64,000 nucleotides of DNA from NCBI GenBank assembly GCA_043228905.1, contig JBHGNT010000013.1, forward strand, positions 6,758,001 through 6,822,000, written 5' to 3'. Both the position numbers and the translations under genes were made by a program. Under the pieces are notes generated by a model. That model was not told where the DNA came from. It did no database searches and saw only the letters and a list, made by a program, of their open reading frames with translations. Positions 11,323 to 23,445 of the stretch are shown here, piece after piece (position 1 is the first letter of the stretch; every line of letters starts with the position of its first letter). This DNA is from Azolla caroliniana (lineage: Eukaryota; Plantae; Polypodiophyta).

Positions 11323-14300
11323 ACAATTACGCGCTCTAATCTTGCACCAACAAGAATGACAACCAAAACACTAAGTTTGCCCTAAGTCATATTTATACTA
11401 ATATGACTTTTCAGCTATTTACAGATATAGCCCCGATGGACTCTCAGATATTGCCCTAAGTCCATGCCCTTCTTTTGCTGGAACCCCTTCACCATGAACC
11501 TGGCTTTGTATCTCGGGGGGTTGCCGGCATCTCCAAGTTTAAACTTGTACACCCACTTATTTCGGAGTGCCCTCTTTCCTTTTGGCAACTCCACCAACTC
11601 GTACATATGGTTCTCATGCAGGGAATCCATCTCATCCTGCATGGCACTTAACCATTTGCGGTTATGGGCGTCACTTTTAGCTTCCTCGAAGCTTTCTGGA
11701 TCCCCCTCATTGGTCAACAGCACATGCTCTGAATCCGGAAATCTCCGGGGGGCCCTTCTCTCTCTGAGAGGATATCTATGTCTTTGGGCTTCGGTAACCG
11801 GCTCCTCCATTTGCTCTTCATCCGAATCTGATTCGGGGTCTTGGCCGGTTCTAGTTTCAACTTCCCCTACTTCCTCTTCTGCCGCTTCGGTATCCTCACC
11901 GTAAACGGCTGGTTCCTCGAGTGCTAACCGGTCTCTTGCCGGTTGGGTCTGCTCATCGTAGAATCGATCCTTACCGGTCGACTCGGAGTTCATTATCTTC
12001 TTCTCCGACTCCCAGTCGGAGAGCGTCTTGTCCTCCATGAAGATAATATCTCGACTCCGGAATACCTTCTTGTCGAGTGGGTCCCACACTCGGTAGCCGA
12101 ACTCATCGTCGCCGTAACCGAATATGCATGGTCGGGTCTTTGGATCCAACTTTCCTCTCCGGTCCTTAGCAACATGCACGTACGCAAGACACCTGAATAC
12201 TCTCAGATGACGGTACGACACTTCCTTACCGGTCCAGACTCTCTGTGGCGTGTCTTCGTCCAAGGCTACTGAGGGTGATCTGTTTATCACATATGTCGCC
12301 GTCGACAGTGCCTCAGCCCAAAACTTCTTGGGTAGTTTTGCATGCGCCAACATACTCCGGACCCTCTCCATTATGGTCCGGTTCATCCTCTCAGCCAGCC
12401 CATTTAGTTCCGGCGTCTTCGGCACGGTAAATTCGAGCCGGATTCCCTTCGAGCGACAGTACTCCTCGAACTGCCCTCGGTATTCACCTCCGTTATTTGC
12501 TCGAACCGCCTTCAGCTTCCAACCGGTTTCTCTTTCCACTCTTCGTGGAGCTCTTTGAAGACGGATAACACTTGATCCTTCGTTTTCAACGGTGTGGCCC
12601 ATAGCTTCCGGTTGTGGTCATCTATGAGTCACGAAGTATTGCGATCCTGCATGTGACTTCGTGTCCACTTGACACACATCAGTATGCCCCAACTCCAGTG
12701 GTGCATTACGTCTCATCGGTGGCCTTGGTCGGAAGGAGGTCCGGTTTTGCTTACCGGCCAGACAATCAGTGCACTTCTCCAAGTGCACGTTCTTCACTGG
12801 AATGAGGTGTTCATCTACAAGCCTCTTCATCCCCTTCTCGCTCATGTGACATAGCCTTTTGTGCCACAGCTCACCGGCAGTGTCGGATGCCACGTTCACT
12901 TCCTCCGGACATAACCGGGCATTCATCAGGTACATCGTGTTTACCTTCCAGGCCCGAGCCACAATCATGCTCCCTTTGCTGAAACTTCATAACACCGTTC
13001 CGGATGCTACCCATGTAGCCTTCATCATCTAGCCGACCGACTGATATAAGGTTCAGACGAACCTCCGGAACGTGTCGGACATCCTTCAGCAGCAACTTGC
13101 ATCCGATTGGTGTTGTCAGTGACAGGTCTCCTATGCCGACAATTCGGCATGTACCTTCATTCCCCATCTGGACACAGCCGTGATCACCGGCTGAGTAGGA
13201 TGAGAAGTATTTCCGGTTCGGGGTAAGGTGGAACGACGCTCCGGAGTCGACCATCCAGGTCATCTCGTCGCCGGCAAGATTTATCTCACTCTCCTCGGTG
13301 ATGAGCATAAAATCTTCTTCACTTGCCGCGATTGTTGTCGTTCCCTTCCGGTCCGTTCCCCTCCGGTCTTTATCGTTCCGGTTTGGTGTCCGCTTCGAAT
13401 CGATACCGTCGGTTTCCTTGTCTTTTCTAAAATGCCGACAGTTCTTCTGGAAGTGTCCCGACTTGCCGCAATAGAAGCAAGTAGGCCTCCCCCTTGACTT
13501 TGACCGTGTCCCCGACTTCTCCTGGTTCTGGGGACTACGGTTCCTTTGTCTTCCACATTCCAATTCAGTAAGGAGCGCTTTGGTGTCGGAGCTCATATCC
13601 TTATCTTTCCGACGCGCCTCCTCATCTAGCAAGCTCGACTTTACTCTTGCTAGGGATAACCGTTTCCCTTCCGGCCCGGCGTTGCCTAGATTGACAACCA
13701 ACGTCTCCCAGCTATTTGGGAGGGAACCGAGCAGGAGCAACGCTAGTACCTCATCGGCGAGAGGTACTTCCAATGATGTTGCCTGGTGGATCAGCCCCTG
13801 GAAGGCATTCATGTGCTCCGTCATGCTGGAGCCATCTTGGTACCGGAGTCTTACTAGCTTCCGGAATACCGAAACCTGATTAACAACATTTTTGTTCTGA
13901 AACATAATGCCGATCTTCTCCAAGAGCTCATGAGCCTTGCTCTCTTCTTTGAAGTTGTTGTATAGGCTCATGTCGATGAAGCACCTTATGTACGCCGTTG
14001 TCTTCATGTGCATCACCTCCCATATCGTGACATCGATTTTGTCCGGTCTCTTGTCCCCGAACTGAACCGGCAACCAAAGATCTTTAACCACGAGCATGTC
14101 CCTCATCTTCGACTTCCACACCGAATAGTTGGAGCCGGTGAGCTTGAACATGCCTCCCAACGAATCGTCCATTTTTCTGTGTTGCCTCGCTCTGATACCA
14201 CTTTGACAGGAACTACACGCTCCGATGAACAACGATCGGCCTCAACCAAGCTTAGAATCAAACACAGAAAACGGGTAATGAATACACGACACAGTGAAGA

Positions 14301-16890
14301 GAGGAGTACACAGGATGTTAACGTGGAAAACCCAAACTAGGGAAAAACCATGGCAGCCCACTGACTACAAACGATCACTATATCACAATGTACAATAGTA
14401 AAGCATCGAGGCAACGACCTCAAGCTTGCTATCTTCGCCACAGGCGGCGGTTACAACAGAGGCAACAACCTCTTCCTCTCTCTCTCTCTCTCTCTCTCTG
14501 TACACAATTACGCGCTCTAATCTTGCACCAACAAGAATGACAACCAAAGCACTAAGTTTGCCCTAAGTCATATTTATACTAATATGACTTTTCGGCTATT
14601 TACAGATATAGCCCCGATGGACTCTCAGAAACATATTTACAAATATGTCCCTTCATCCGGTGAGTACTCCTCACCGGGCCTGCATCATCCGGCGCTTGCC
14701 GGGCACATGTCATCCGGTTCCCATCGGGTCTTCCATAGCCGGGTACTCCACATCTAGTTCTCACCGGGTCTTCACCATCTGGCTCTTGCCGGGTACTCGT
14801 CATTCGGTTCTTCTCACTTCCCATCCGGAGGGACCTGTTTCCTAACAATATGATCATGTATGTTGGTCTTTTATTAGTCAACTTATGTCTCATATGGGTT
14901 TTGGGGAAAGGATGTCTTGAATATCGTTGTTGGTGGGATTAGGTGCAGTCTCACATGTTATGTTGAATGGTGGAGTTACTAAGGCAATAGCATTGAAAAG
15001 ATCACTTAGACAAGGATGTCCATTGAGTCCACTATTATTTGCAATTGCTACACACCCGATTTTTGTGAGGATGCATGAGTTGGCAACACGTGGGGAAGTA
15101 GTCGGATTAGCTCTACCATCAGGGAAACATTTGATCGCTCAAGCATTGGCTGATGATTCATTTTTATTTCTCAAAGCAACACCTGATAACATAGCTAAAG
15201 CCATGGAGGTGTGGAATGTGTTCGCATTGGCATCAGGATTACATATAAATATGCAGAAGTCGATGCTCATTAGATGCACTGAGAGTGATTTGGTGGATCT
15301 TGGATGGGGTGGCCAAATATTAGATCCAGGGAATGTGTGTCGACACTTAGGTTACCCTATTGGTGTTGATATCTCATCATCACAAAGTTTGAATTGGATA
15401 TCGGGAACCATTTTGGACCAATTTATGTATTGGTAGTCTCAAGCATGGCCGTTTAGTACTTGTCTCAAAGTGGTACAAGCTATAATGATTCCAATGATTT
15501 CTTATTTTTTGCCATTGTTACCGTGAACAAAGAAATCACTTGATCATTTAGCTTGTTCACTTAAATATACACTATGGAAGAAAGACACAAACCTTGGTAT
15601 GAGTTGGGTATCATGGAACAATATTTGTACCCCAAAACGGTTAGGGGGTGCTGCTTTACTCAATTTAGAAGATCATATGGTGGCTCGAAGATTCAATCTT
15701 TTGAAAGGCATGTGCATAGGTACCCAACCTTGGGCAGAAATAATTACTTATTTTGTGGAAAAGGTTGGTATTTACCATGGGAAAATGAGAATTACAGCTT
15801 CGTGGTGGCATATTGTTAGTAGTACTCGGCAATTTAAATGTTCAGAATCTAGTATGGTTCAACAATTGGTGCTTTCGTGGCAACGGTGTTTGAAGTTGTT
15901 TAATTGGAGGCCTCCTGAGTGCAGAAAAGATATAAATTCATTGGCAGCAGAGGTGTTGGCAACTTCAAGGATATTACACTGGGAGGGAAAAGAAAGTCTA
16001 AATCCACAGTTCAATCGAATGGCAAGGCTAGGTTTGATAACTGTAGAAGATGGTGTTTTAGAGTCACGTAGGAAAATGATGGCCTTTCAGACAATTAGAA
16101 ATAAGTTTCATATACCATGTGGATATGGGTATATTTGGCAATCAATATTGGCAATGCCTACATTAGTTTTCCCAATTCTAAAGTTGGTGGTCGAGGAACC
16201 ATGGAAAGATTGGTCATTTGGTAATGGGAAAATGATTTTTCTGGTGAACACTAATGACGTGTACCATAAGTTGGTCAAAGATAGAGCTTGGTTAGAAAAT
16301 AAGGTGTTGGATACATGGAGCACTACTAGAAATGTAAAGTGGTGGCGTAGAGTTTTAGATGCTGGGTGGCAGTCTCATCTTCCATTCCGTGCAAAGGTGT
16401 TTCTTTGGCGTGCCATAGTTGATGGGTTGCCTTTGGCGATGGCCTTAAAACGAAGACATATTTCAAATGGGACATGTTTTTTCTGTACGGTGGCTGAAGA
16501 AGATGCTAGACATAGGTTTATTACATGTTCGGTAGCTAAGGCCATTTGGGTGATTATGTCACAAATTTGGGCATCCATAATAGGAAATATTTAGTCACCT
16601 TATAAATGGGTTTTTATGGATGAGGATAAAGTTATGCCCACACCATCATATAAGGTGGTTTTTGATTACCTTAGATATTGGGGGATGTGGTTTAATTGGA
16701 CCATGAGAAATGATTTCTTGTTTGATGGACTTCATGAGATAGCACAACAAATCCGTAGGATGAAAGGGAAATTGATTTAGCAATTTTCACAACTATGTTG
16801 TATGGGGATCTTGTCCCAAGAGGAGATAGACTTATGTAATCTGGTTTTACAACACTTGAGAGGGTTTCCCTTGCACTATCACTATTTATG
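8894..16890 (+). pseudogene. L1 ORF2 EN-RT-zf, several frameshifts and stops, split at 10705-14847
   Basis: ORF pieces 8891-9295, 9193-9645, 9642-10704, 14927-15436, 15599-16594. Confidence 0.88.
10705..14847 (-). mobile_element. Ty1/Copia element Copia-2 (relative of Copia-1), rearranged, lacking most of RT/RH
   Basis: TSD ATATG at 10700-10704 and 14848-14852; 5' LTR 14204-14847; PBS 14189-14200; gag-PR-INT in ORFs 12871-14232, 12618-12968, 11415-12602; partial LTRs 10995-11449 and 10705-10878 with a second PBS near 10980-10991. Confidence 0.93.
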
Positions 16891-17029
16891 AAGTAGTGAA
16901 GATAGCAAGGGGTGTATCATAATTTTGTTTTAATAACAAACATTGATTTACAAAAAGAAAAGAAAAAAGAGAGTGTGTGTTATGAGCTAAAGCTTTAGCT
17001 TTTATGGCAGTATTCCCAGGACCATTCAC

Positions 17030-17690
17030 CTTTCTTCTCTTCATCTTCATCAGATTCTTCTTGTTGTTCTGATCACCGCCATCATCGTGATGACTTTGAT
17101 TTCAGATTCAGATTCAGAGGATCACCATGGTCCATGACTATGATTCATCTGATTCTCGTCGACATGGTGGATCAAGCTTCCGCTCTTCTTGCTCATCATC
17201 ATGGTATTCTTGAGATTAATGTTGGCTCTGTGCACGTCCTTGGCTTTGCGGATCTCCTCCCTCATCTTCTCCACGATCATGAACCATACCTACTGCCCAG
17301 AGCTCCCCATTGCTCCTCTGTTACCTCTCTTCTTATTCATCCACGCCTGCTTCTTCTTCGTCTTCTCCTTCTGCGCCGCCTACTTCTTGGCGGCGTTATT
17401 ATACCGAGGAGGCTGAGATGTAGCAGACGCCATGGAGCACTGCATCCATGGCCTAGCAACAGAATCATGGTCAATAAGATTGCCATAGTCGTAGCTGTAG
17501 ACTGGATGGGAAGAAGGAGAATCAAGAAGCACAACAAAATGGCTGGAGAAATCATGGTCACCAAGATATGGCAGATGAATAACGTTATTAATCATGTTTT
17601 GATAGGAAGAAGTAGCAGTAGAAGAAGATTCATGAGGAGGCACTGCTATCTATGAATTCATCATACCCCCATTATTCCTTCTATTCAAAT
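17030..17690 (-). pseudogene. Possible decayed host coding sequence of unknown function
   Basis: ORF 17380-17643 continues in frame past TAG stops into a K/E-rich segment (AAQKEKTKKKQAW...EKMREEIRKAKDVH); no domain recognised. Confidence 0.3.
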
Positions 17691-17902
17691 GTCATCACAA
17701 TTGATGGGAGAGAGAGAGAGACCCTTGAAATTGAAACTACAAAAAAGGAAAAAAAAGGAACATGAAATTTTCCCTTTTCAAATGTGTTCGTTTCCAAACA
17801 TTTGAGTGCTTCCATGAACACGTTTATTACGTTATATGCTTACAACATGACTTCATACAAAGACATTCAGACTTATCCATCCACATACAATCATACAGAT
17901 AA

Positions 17903-19162
17903 TGTTAGGATTCTGTCCCTCCAAATGGGAGAAGTCGGTAGTTGAAGTCTGGTCGGTTGATCAGATCGACCAACGAGTCAACTTGGTAGTTGACTGTATT
18001 GGTTGGACGAACCAAGTGGGGGATAGGCCAACCGGATGGTCGATGATAAAGTCGGTTAGTCAGACCGATTGGATAGTCAACATAGGAATCAACTAGTCGA
18101 ATCGACTAGACTGTCCGACTTGTGGGTCAGATAGTTGAGTCGATCAGTCGATTGTGGGTCAGATAGTCGATTAGATTAGTCGGCTGATTAACGACTATTA
18201 TTATTATTATCTAATAATAACTTATTCCCATCTATAAATATGTGGAGTTAGGGAAAATTTCATTGAGAGGAAATAACAGAACTCTCTAGAGCGAGTAGTA
18301 GAGCTTAAGAGAGAAGATAGGAGACAAGAGAGAAAGTGAGTGAGAGACGACAAAGTTTAGTGGAACTTGCCAAAACCCTAAGTGGGTATTCTCTGTTTTT
18401 TAGAGATTTGTAACTTTTCTCTAGTACTTCCCTCTTTCATAGTGAAAGTATGTTGGTTCGAGGTTTTCCCCTGTTTTAGGGTTTCCACGTAAATCTTGTG
18501 TACTGTGTATTTTGTTGTTTTCAAATTTTCTCTATTCTATGTATCATCAAAGTCTATTTTGCTTGTTGATTTACGGTCCACATTATAAAAAATTGGTATC
18601 AAAGCTTGAGGTGCAAGATGGAAGGAGGTGTAAGTGGTTTCCTAGGAATGATAGTGTTGAACTCACACAACTACTCTGACGGGAAGAAAATGGAAAACCT
18701 TTTAATAGTCAGAGATCTGTACGAGCCCATAGACAGGAGTGAAATACCCATAGGGGTGTTGGAGTCTGAGTGGAAACTCTTGAATAGGAAGGCAATACCA
18801 TCAGAAAGTGTGTGGACGTTATGTTCTACATCATGTGGCTAACGACACAAACGCCTATGAAATGTGGCACAAACTGTTAGGCTTGTATGAAAGGAAAAAT
18901 GCCATCAACAAAGCCTCTCTAAGGAGAAAGATCATGAGACTGAAGTACAGAGATAGAGAAAGCATAGTAGTACACATGAACACCTTCGTGGGGTTTGTAA
19001 ATCAACTTGCGACAACCAAGTTTCCCTTAGACGACGCTCTTCAGGATCTGTTGTTGTTGTGTACCCTGCCAAATAGCTAGGAGAACTTGGTGGTGTCTCT
19101 TAATACCTCGTGCCAAGAAGAAAACTTGTCTTTACAAAGACAAGTATTGTAAACGAGGAAAC
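17903..19162 (+). mobile_element. Truncated Copia-Y: 5' LTR, PBS and start of gag
   Basis: TGTTAGG start at 17903, PBS TGGTATCAAAGC at 18594-18605, gag fragments (LNSHNYSD, LLLLCTLPNS). Confidence 0.8.
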
Positions 19163-20496
19163 TGTCACTTCTAGACTAGAACCTCTGACCTATAACACAC
19201 CCAATACTTAGTATTAGATAAACTATTTGAAAACCCTAAAATTACATGGTTTAATATTGTATAGTCTAACATATAGTACGTTAAGAATATTGTAGTCTTT
19301 AGTATATTCTAGAAATATTCTATGGTATATTCTAGAGATATTTCTCAGGTATATTCTAGAGATATTTCTTAGGTATTGTTGAGTGGACAAGCTCAACCAG
19401 ATCCGGATCGGTGTTCAGATGGTATCTAGAATAGGAGCCGGATCAGATTGGAAGCCATAGGCTGTTAGAGGCCTACAAATCTAGCCTAGTACGTAGGCAT
19501 TTTTTTGGGAGCCAGTGTCAGTCGCTCGAATGAGCATTGAAGTACTTGTCAATACTTCTATTAGTTTGTGTAAGGACTTGTATAAAAGTGCTCACTAAGC
19601 ACATTGTATGTAAATAGAGTGTTATTATTTTTGAATTGAGTGTGTTCTGCTTTAACTCTGTCTCTGTCTCTGTCTCTCTCTTGTGTAAGGTTTCCAATTA
19701 AACCCGTGTCTGTATTCTGTTGCCGTCCAATTGAGCCGGTTGTGTCTTAGCTTCCACATATTCACTTTTACATGGTATCAGAGCGCAAGGGTTGAGAACC
19801 TCTGTAGCCGACGAGCGATTTCTGAAGACAAACCCTAACACCTGGTAAAGAACAGACAGATGAAAAATATGGACCGAGGAATGACTAGCTCGCTCCGAAC
19901 GAAGAAGCTTGACAGATCCAATTATGCATCTTGGTCGTACAAGATGCACTAGTACTTGCTCGAGCACGGTTACTGGAGTTATGTCGACGGAGCTAACGAT
20001 ACGACGTCTGATGCGGCACACAAGGACTTCCCGACTTGGGACCAAGTGGCAACCAGAGTTATGTACTGCTTTGCATCCAATGTCGACAATCAATTGTTGA
20101 GCCATATCCGGGATGCCAAGATGCCGAAGGAAGCTTGGGGAAACCTGAAGAAGGTCTTTGCCGCAAGCACCACGGCCCGAAAGCTGCAACTCTGATAGGA
20201 GTTGAGCAATGTCTGCTAGAAGGACTTGTCAGTGGCCGAGTACATGGCCCGGATCAAAGACATTTGTGATTCACTTGCCTCTATCAATGTGACTGTTGAG
20301 GAAGATGAGATGGTGCAAGTTTGTCTCGGGGGCCTGGCGTCAAAGTTCAGAGCAAATCCGAACAACGATTTGTACAAGGGAGAATACGTCCTCGTTTTTT
20401 GACTTACAGTCGATGCTCCTAGTAGAGGAGAACCATGTGGGTGCGTTAACGAGCACACACACCAACAACATGATGCTGTCCATGGAGGCGGATCAG

Positions 20497-22067
20497 TGTC
20501 GTGATGTTTCTAACACATAGTGTGAAACCACCCTCGAAAAGAAGTAAAATAGTAGTTCAAATAAACTAGTATTGTGAAGTCAACTTTATTGGTAGAAAAA
20601 ATACTTTTTCATTTTCCAAAGATAATTCCTTATAAATAAATGGTCAAAGGATTGAACCTTACAATAAATAATGATGAATATTAAGTTAGAGGCGGTTTTC
20701 AAAAGTAGACAAAAGTAGAAAAAAAGATGGAGAGAAAAAAAACAAAAGCACGCGTGGATATGAGGAGCACAATAGAGAAAAAAGCTCATAATTTCCTCAT
20801 TAGATGTCCAAATTAGAAAAGAAAAGATGCATAAGAAAGCTAACCCAAAGAGCTTTCCAAGAATATCTTGCATGTGAAATTGTGGCTAGAAAACAGAAAT
20901 AGTGAGGAAAAGAAAAGTCGACTCATATAGACAAGCTTTTTTTAGGGGAAAAAGGCAAGCAATCCTAAACCTATAAATAAGAGCCTATTCTAATGAAGAA
21001 AGGGGGGAGGGAGAAGGAACGCAGAAGCTCTACTCAATTGGAAAGTGGAAGAAGGATCAACAACATTGAGAGGCATCATCAACAAAGCAACTCCTTCTAT
21101 ACTCCACTCTCTTCTTTCCTCCACCTCTCTTCCCCTATTCATTTATAAACAATCCTTCATATTCGCATCCAACCCATTGTAACATGATTCTTATATTATA
21201 AAAGAATCTATTATATTGATATAAACTTATGTTTTCTTTCATCTACTTGTCTTATGTGTAAATCTTGATTGTGCTTATTTGTTATCGTCATTTGTGCTTA
21301 TTTGTTTGTGTGTCTTGTGACAAGGGAGCGTTTCGGGCTTGCCCATGCACCTCTCCTTTCACAAAGGCATTCAAACCTACGTGTCTTATATGTTATCGTT
21401 GTTTGTGCTTATTTTTTTGTGTGCCTTGTGACCAGCGAGCGTTTCAGGCTTGCCCATGCACCTCTCCTTTCACAAAGGCATTCAAACTTACATGTCTTGC
21501 ATGTTAGTGTAAATCTTGCTTGTGTGTTCGTGTGACTTGTGGCAAGGGAGCGTTCGGGCTTTGCCTATGCACCTCTCCTTTCACAAAGGAGTTCGAAATT
21601 GTGTCTCCTGTGTGTAAACCTTGCTTGTGTGTTCATGTGACTTGTGGCAAGGGAGTGTTCGGGCTTGCCCATGCACCTCTCCTTTCACAAAGGAGTTCGA
21701 AATTGTGTCTCCCATGTATAAACCTTGCTTGTGTGTTTGCGTGTTTTGTAACAAGGGAGCGTTCAGGCTTGCCCATGCATCTCTCTTTTCACAAAGGCAT
21801 TGGAAACTCTGTCTCTCGTGTGTTTAAGTAATCCTTTTCCTTGTGTGTCCGTGTGTAAGCCTTCCTCACGTGCCTTCGTTCGCCTTGTGACTAGGGGTTG
21901 ATTCGGGCTTGCCCATGCACCTCTCCTTTTCACAAACACGTTCGAATACTCGTGCCTTGTTTGTGTAAGAATTCCTTGTGTTGTGTGTGTAAGCCCTATT
22001 TCCTTCCCATCCATAACCCCGACGGTTCCACCTCACGATCCGCACATAGTGAGGGATTTTCACGACA
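20497..22067 (+). mobile_element. Long LTR (1571 bp) with PBS remnant, probably Tat/Athila-type
   Basis: Termini TGTCGTGA...TCACGACA, TATA (CTATAAATA) near 20970, followed by TGGCACGC (tRNA-3'-like); no matching TSD (ATCAG vs TTGGC). Confidence 0.75.
21300..21960 (+). repeat. Six hairpin-forming repeats at 104-140 bp spacing inside the LTR
   Basis: GGGCTTGCCC-type cores at about 21335, 21446, 21556, 21661, 21765, 21905, each inside TTGTGA-AAGG-GAG...CTC-CCTT-TCACAA. Confidence 0.88.
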
Positions 22068-23445
22068 TTGGCACGCAGTGGAAGCGGCCGACAAGAGCAA
22101 AATCGGAGGTGCAATGATGGTGCCAACAACAATTCTGGACCCTCCACAAACAAGGGGAGTCAAAGCGGTGCCGGTAACCGGCAAGAGATGGCTGCAACGG
22201 ACTGTTGGTACTGTGGCCGGAAGGGCCACAGGGAGAGTGAGTGCTGGAAGAAGCGCACCAATTCGGACAAAGCCGGATCTGGCAAGGACGGTCGGGGAAA
22301 CCGACAAAGCTCGCACTACGCGAAGGGACTAGAAGGATCTAGTTTCGGAAATGGATCAGGCCCGACTTTTGTGATGAAACACATGGCCAATTCAATGAAG
22401 ACAAGCACCTCGAATCCGAATGAGGTATGGTATGTTGATTCCGGAGTGTCAAACCATATGACAAGCCACGCAGAGTGGTTTGCTTATCTAGAAAAACCGG
22501 AACAACCAGGGGTGGTCGAAACCGGACACGACACCCCACATACCATCAAGCACATCAGAGAGATTCCCGTCAACCATGTTGGGTAGAAGGGAAATCTTAT
22601 GAACGTCCTACACGTCCCGACCAAGGGATGCAGGTTCGGTTCAAGCACCTCGGTTGTTTCATCGAAGAAGGGGAAAAAGTCATCGCACAAGGGTGCCGAG
22701 ACGGGAGGATGTTTATCCGCAAGAAGAATGATGTTGGCGCCGGTATGTTCGCAAAAGGGTAGAAGATCGATTCAGACATCGACATGTGGCATAAGCGGAT
22801 CGACCACATCAACTTCCGAAAGCTTTAGGAGTTGCAGTCGGAACACGTAGTTTCCGGATTGCCAAAGTTTAGTGGCCGGAAAGGCCAAATATGTGAAGCT
22901 TTCCACCTCGAGAAGCAACATAGGCTTCCATTCCCCAACGAGAAGAATTAGAGTGGGTATCAACTTGATCTCATCCATTCGGATGTGTGGGGATCGGCAC
23001 AAAACATGAGCATCGGTAGGAGTCGGTATTTCATCTCCTTCATCGACGATCTCACCCGACACACTTGGATCTATCTAATTGAGAAGAAAAGAAAAGTCTT
23101 CTTGTGTTTCTGGGATTTGAAGAAAAGCCTTATCTATCTGACCATCACCCGATTAGACCTCAGGTATCCGATCAGACTGATTAGTCAATTTATGGCGCAT
23201 CCAACCATGGAGCACCTTCAGAGCGCGCACCGACTACTGAGGTACGTCAACGACACTAAGGACATGGGGCTGTTGTATTGGATTGGTGTAGCCGAACATC
23301 TTGTCGGCTACACGGATGCTGATTGGGCCGGAAATACCGGCAACCGTAGGTCTATATCCAGATATGCTTTTCACTTGGGAGCGCCGCGGTCTCCTGGAGC
23401 AGTAAGAAGCAACTGATAGTTGCATTGTCAAGCCGTGAAGCCGAG

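Larger units (their letters stand above)
7367..16968 (+). mobile_element. L1-clade LINE, near full-length, degenerate, interrupted by Copia-2
   Basis: ORF1 (DUF4283-like GFFEVIF, CCHC knuckle near 8240-8282), EN (VVTWNVRG, SRLDRIY, SDHFPV), RT (WRPISL, LDIEKAY/DHV, RQGCPLSPLLF, LADDS), zf-RVT (FLWR..CFFC..HRFITC), A-rich tail 16952-16968. Confidence 0.92.

Noticed and set aside
17134-17655. 173-aa plus-strand ORF
   Set aside because: L/H/R-rich composition typical of the antisense of a K/E/D-rich frame
18371-19840. Scattered single telo-box motifs (AAACCCTA) near LTRs and PBS
   Set aside because: Short and common in plant DNA; no enrichment test possible here
21300-21960. CRISPR-like repeat-spacer look
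   Set aside because: Eukaryotic LTR context, spacers are related to one another, no cas genes
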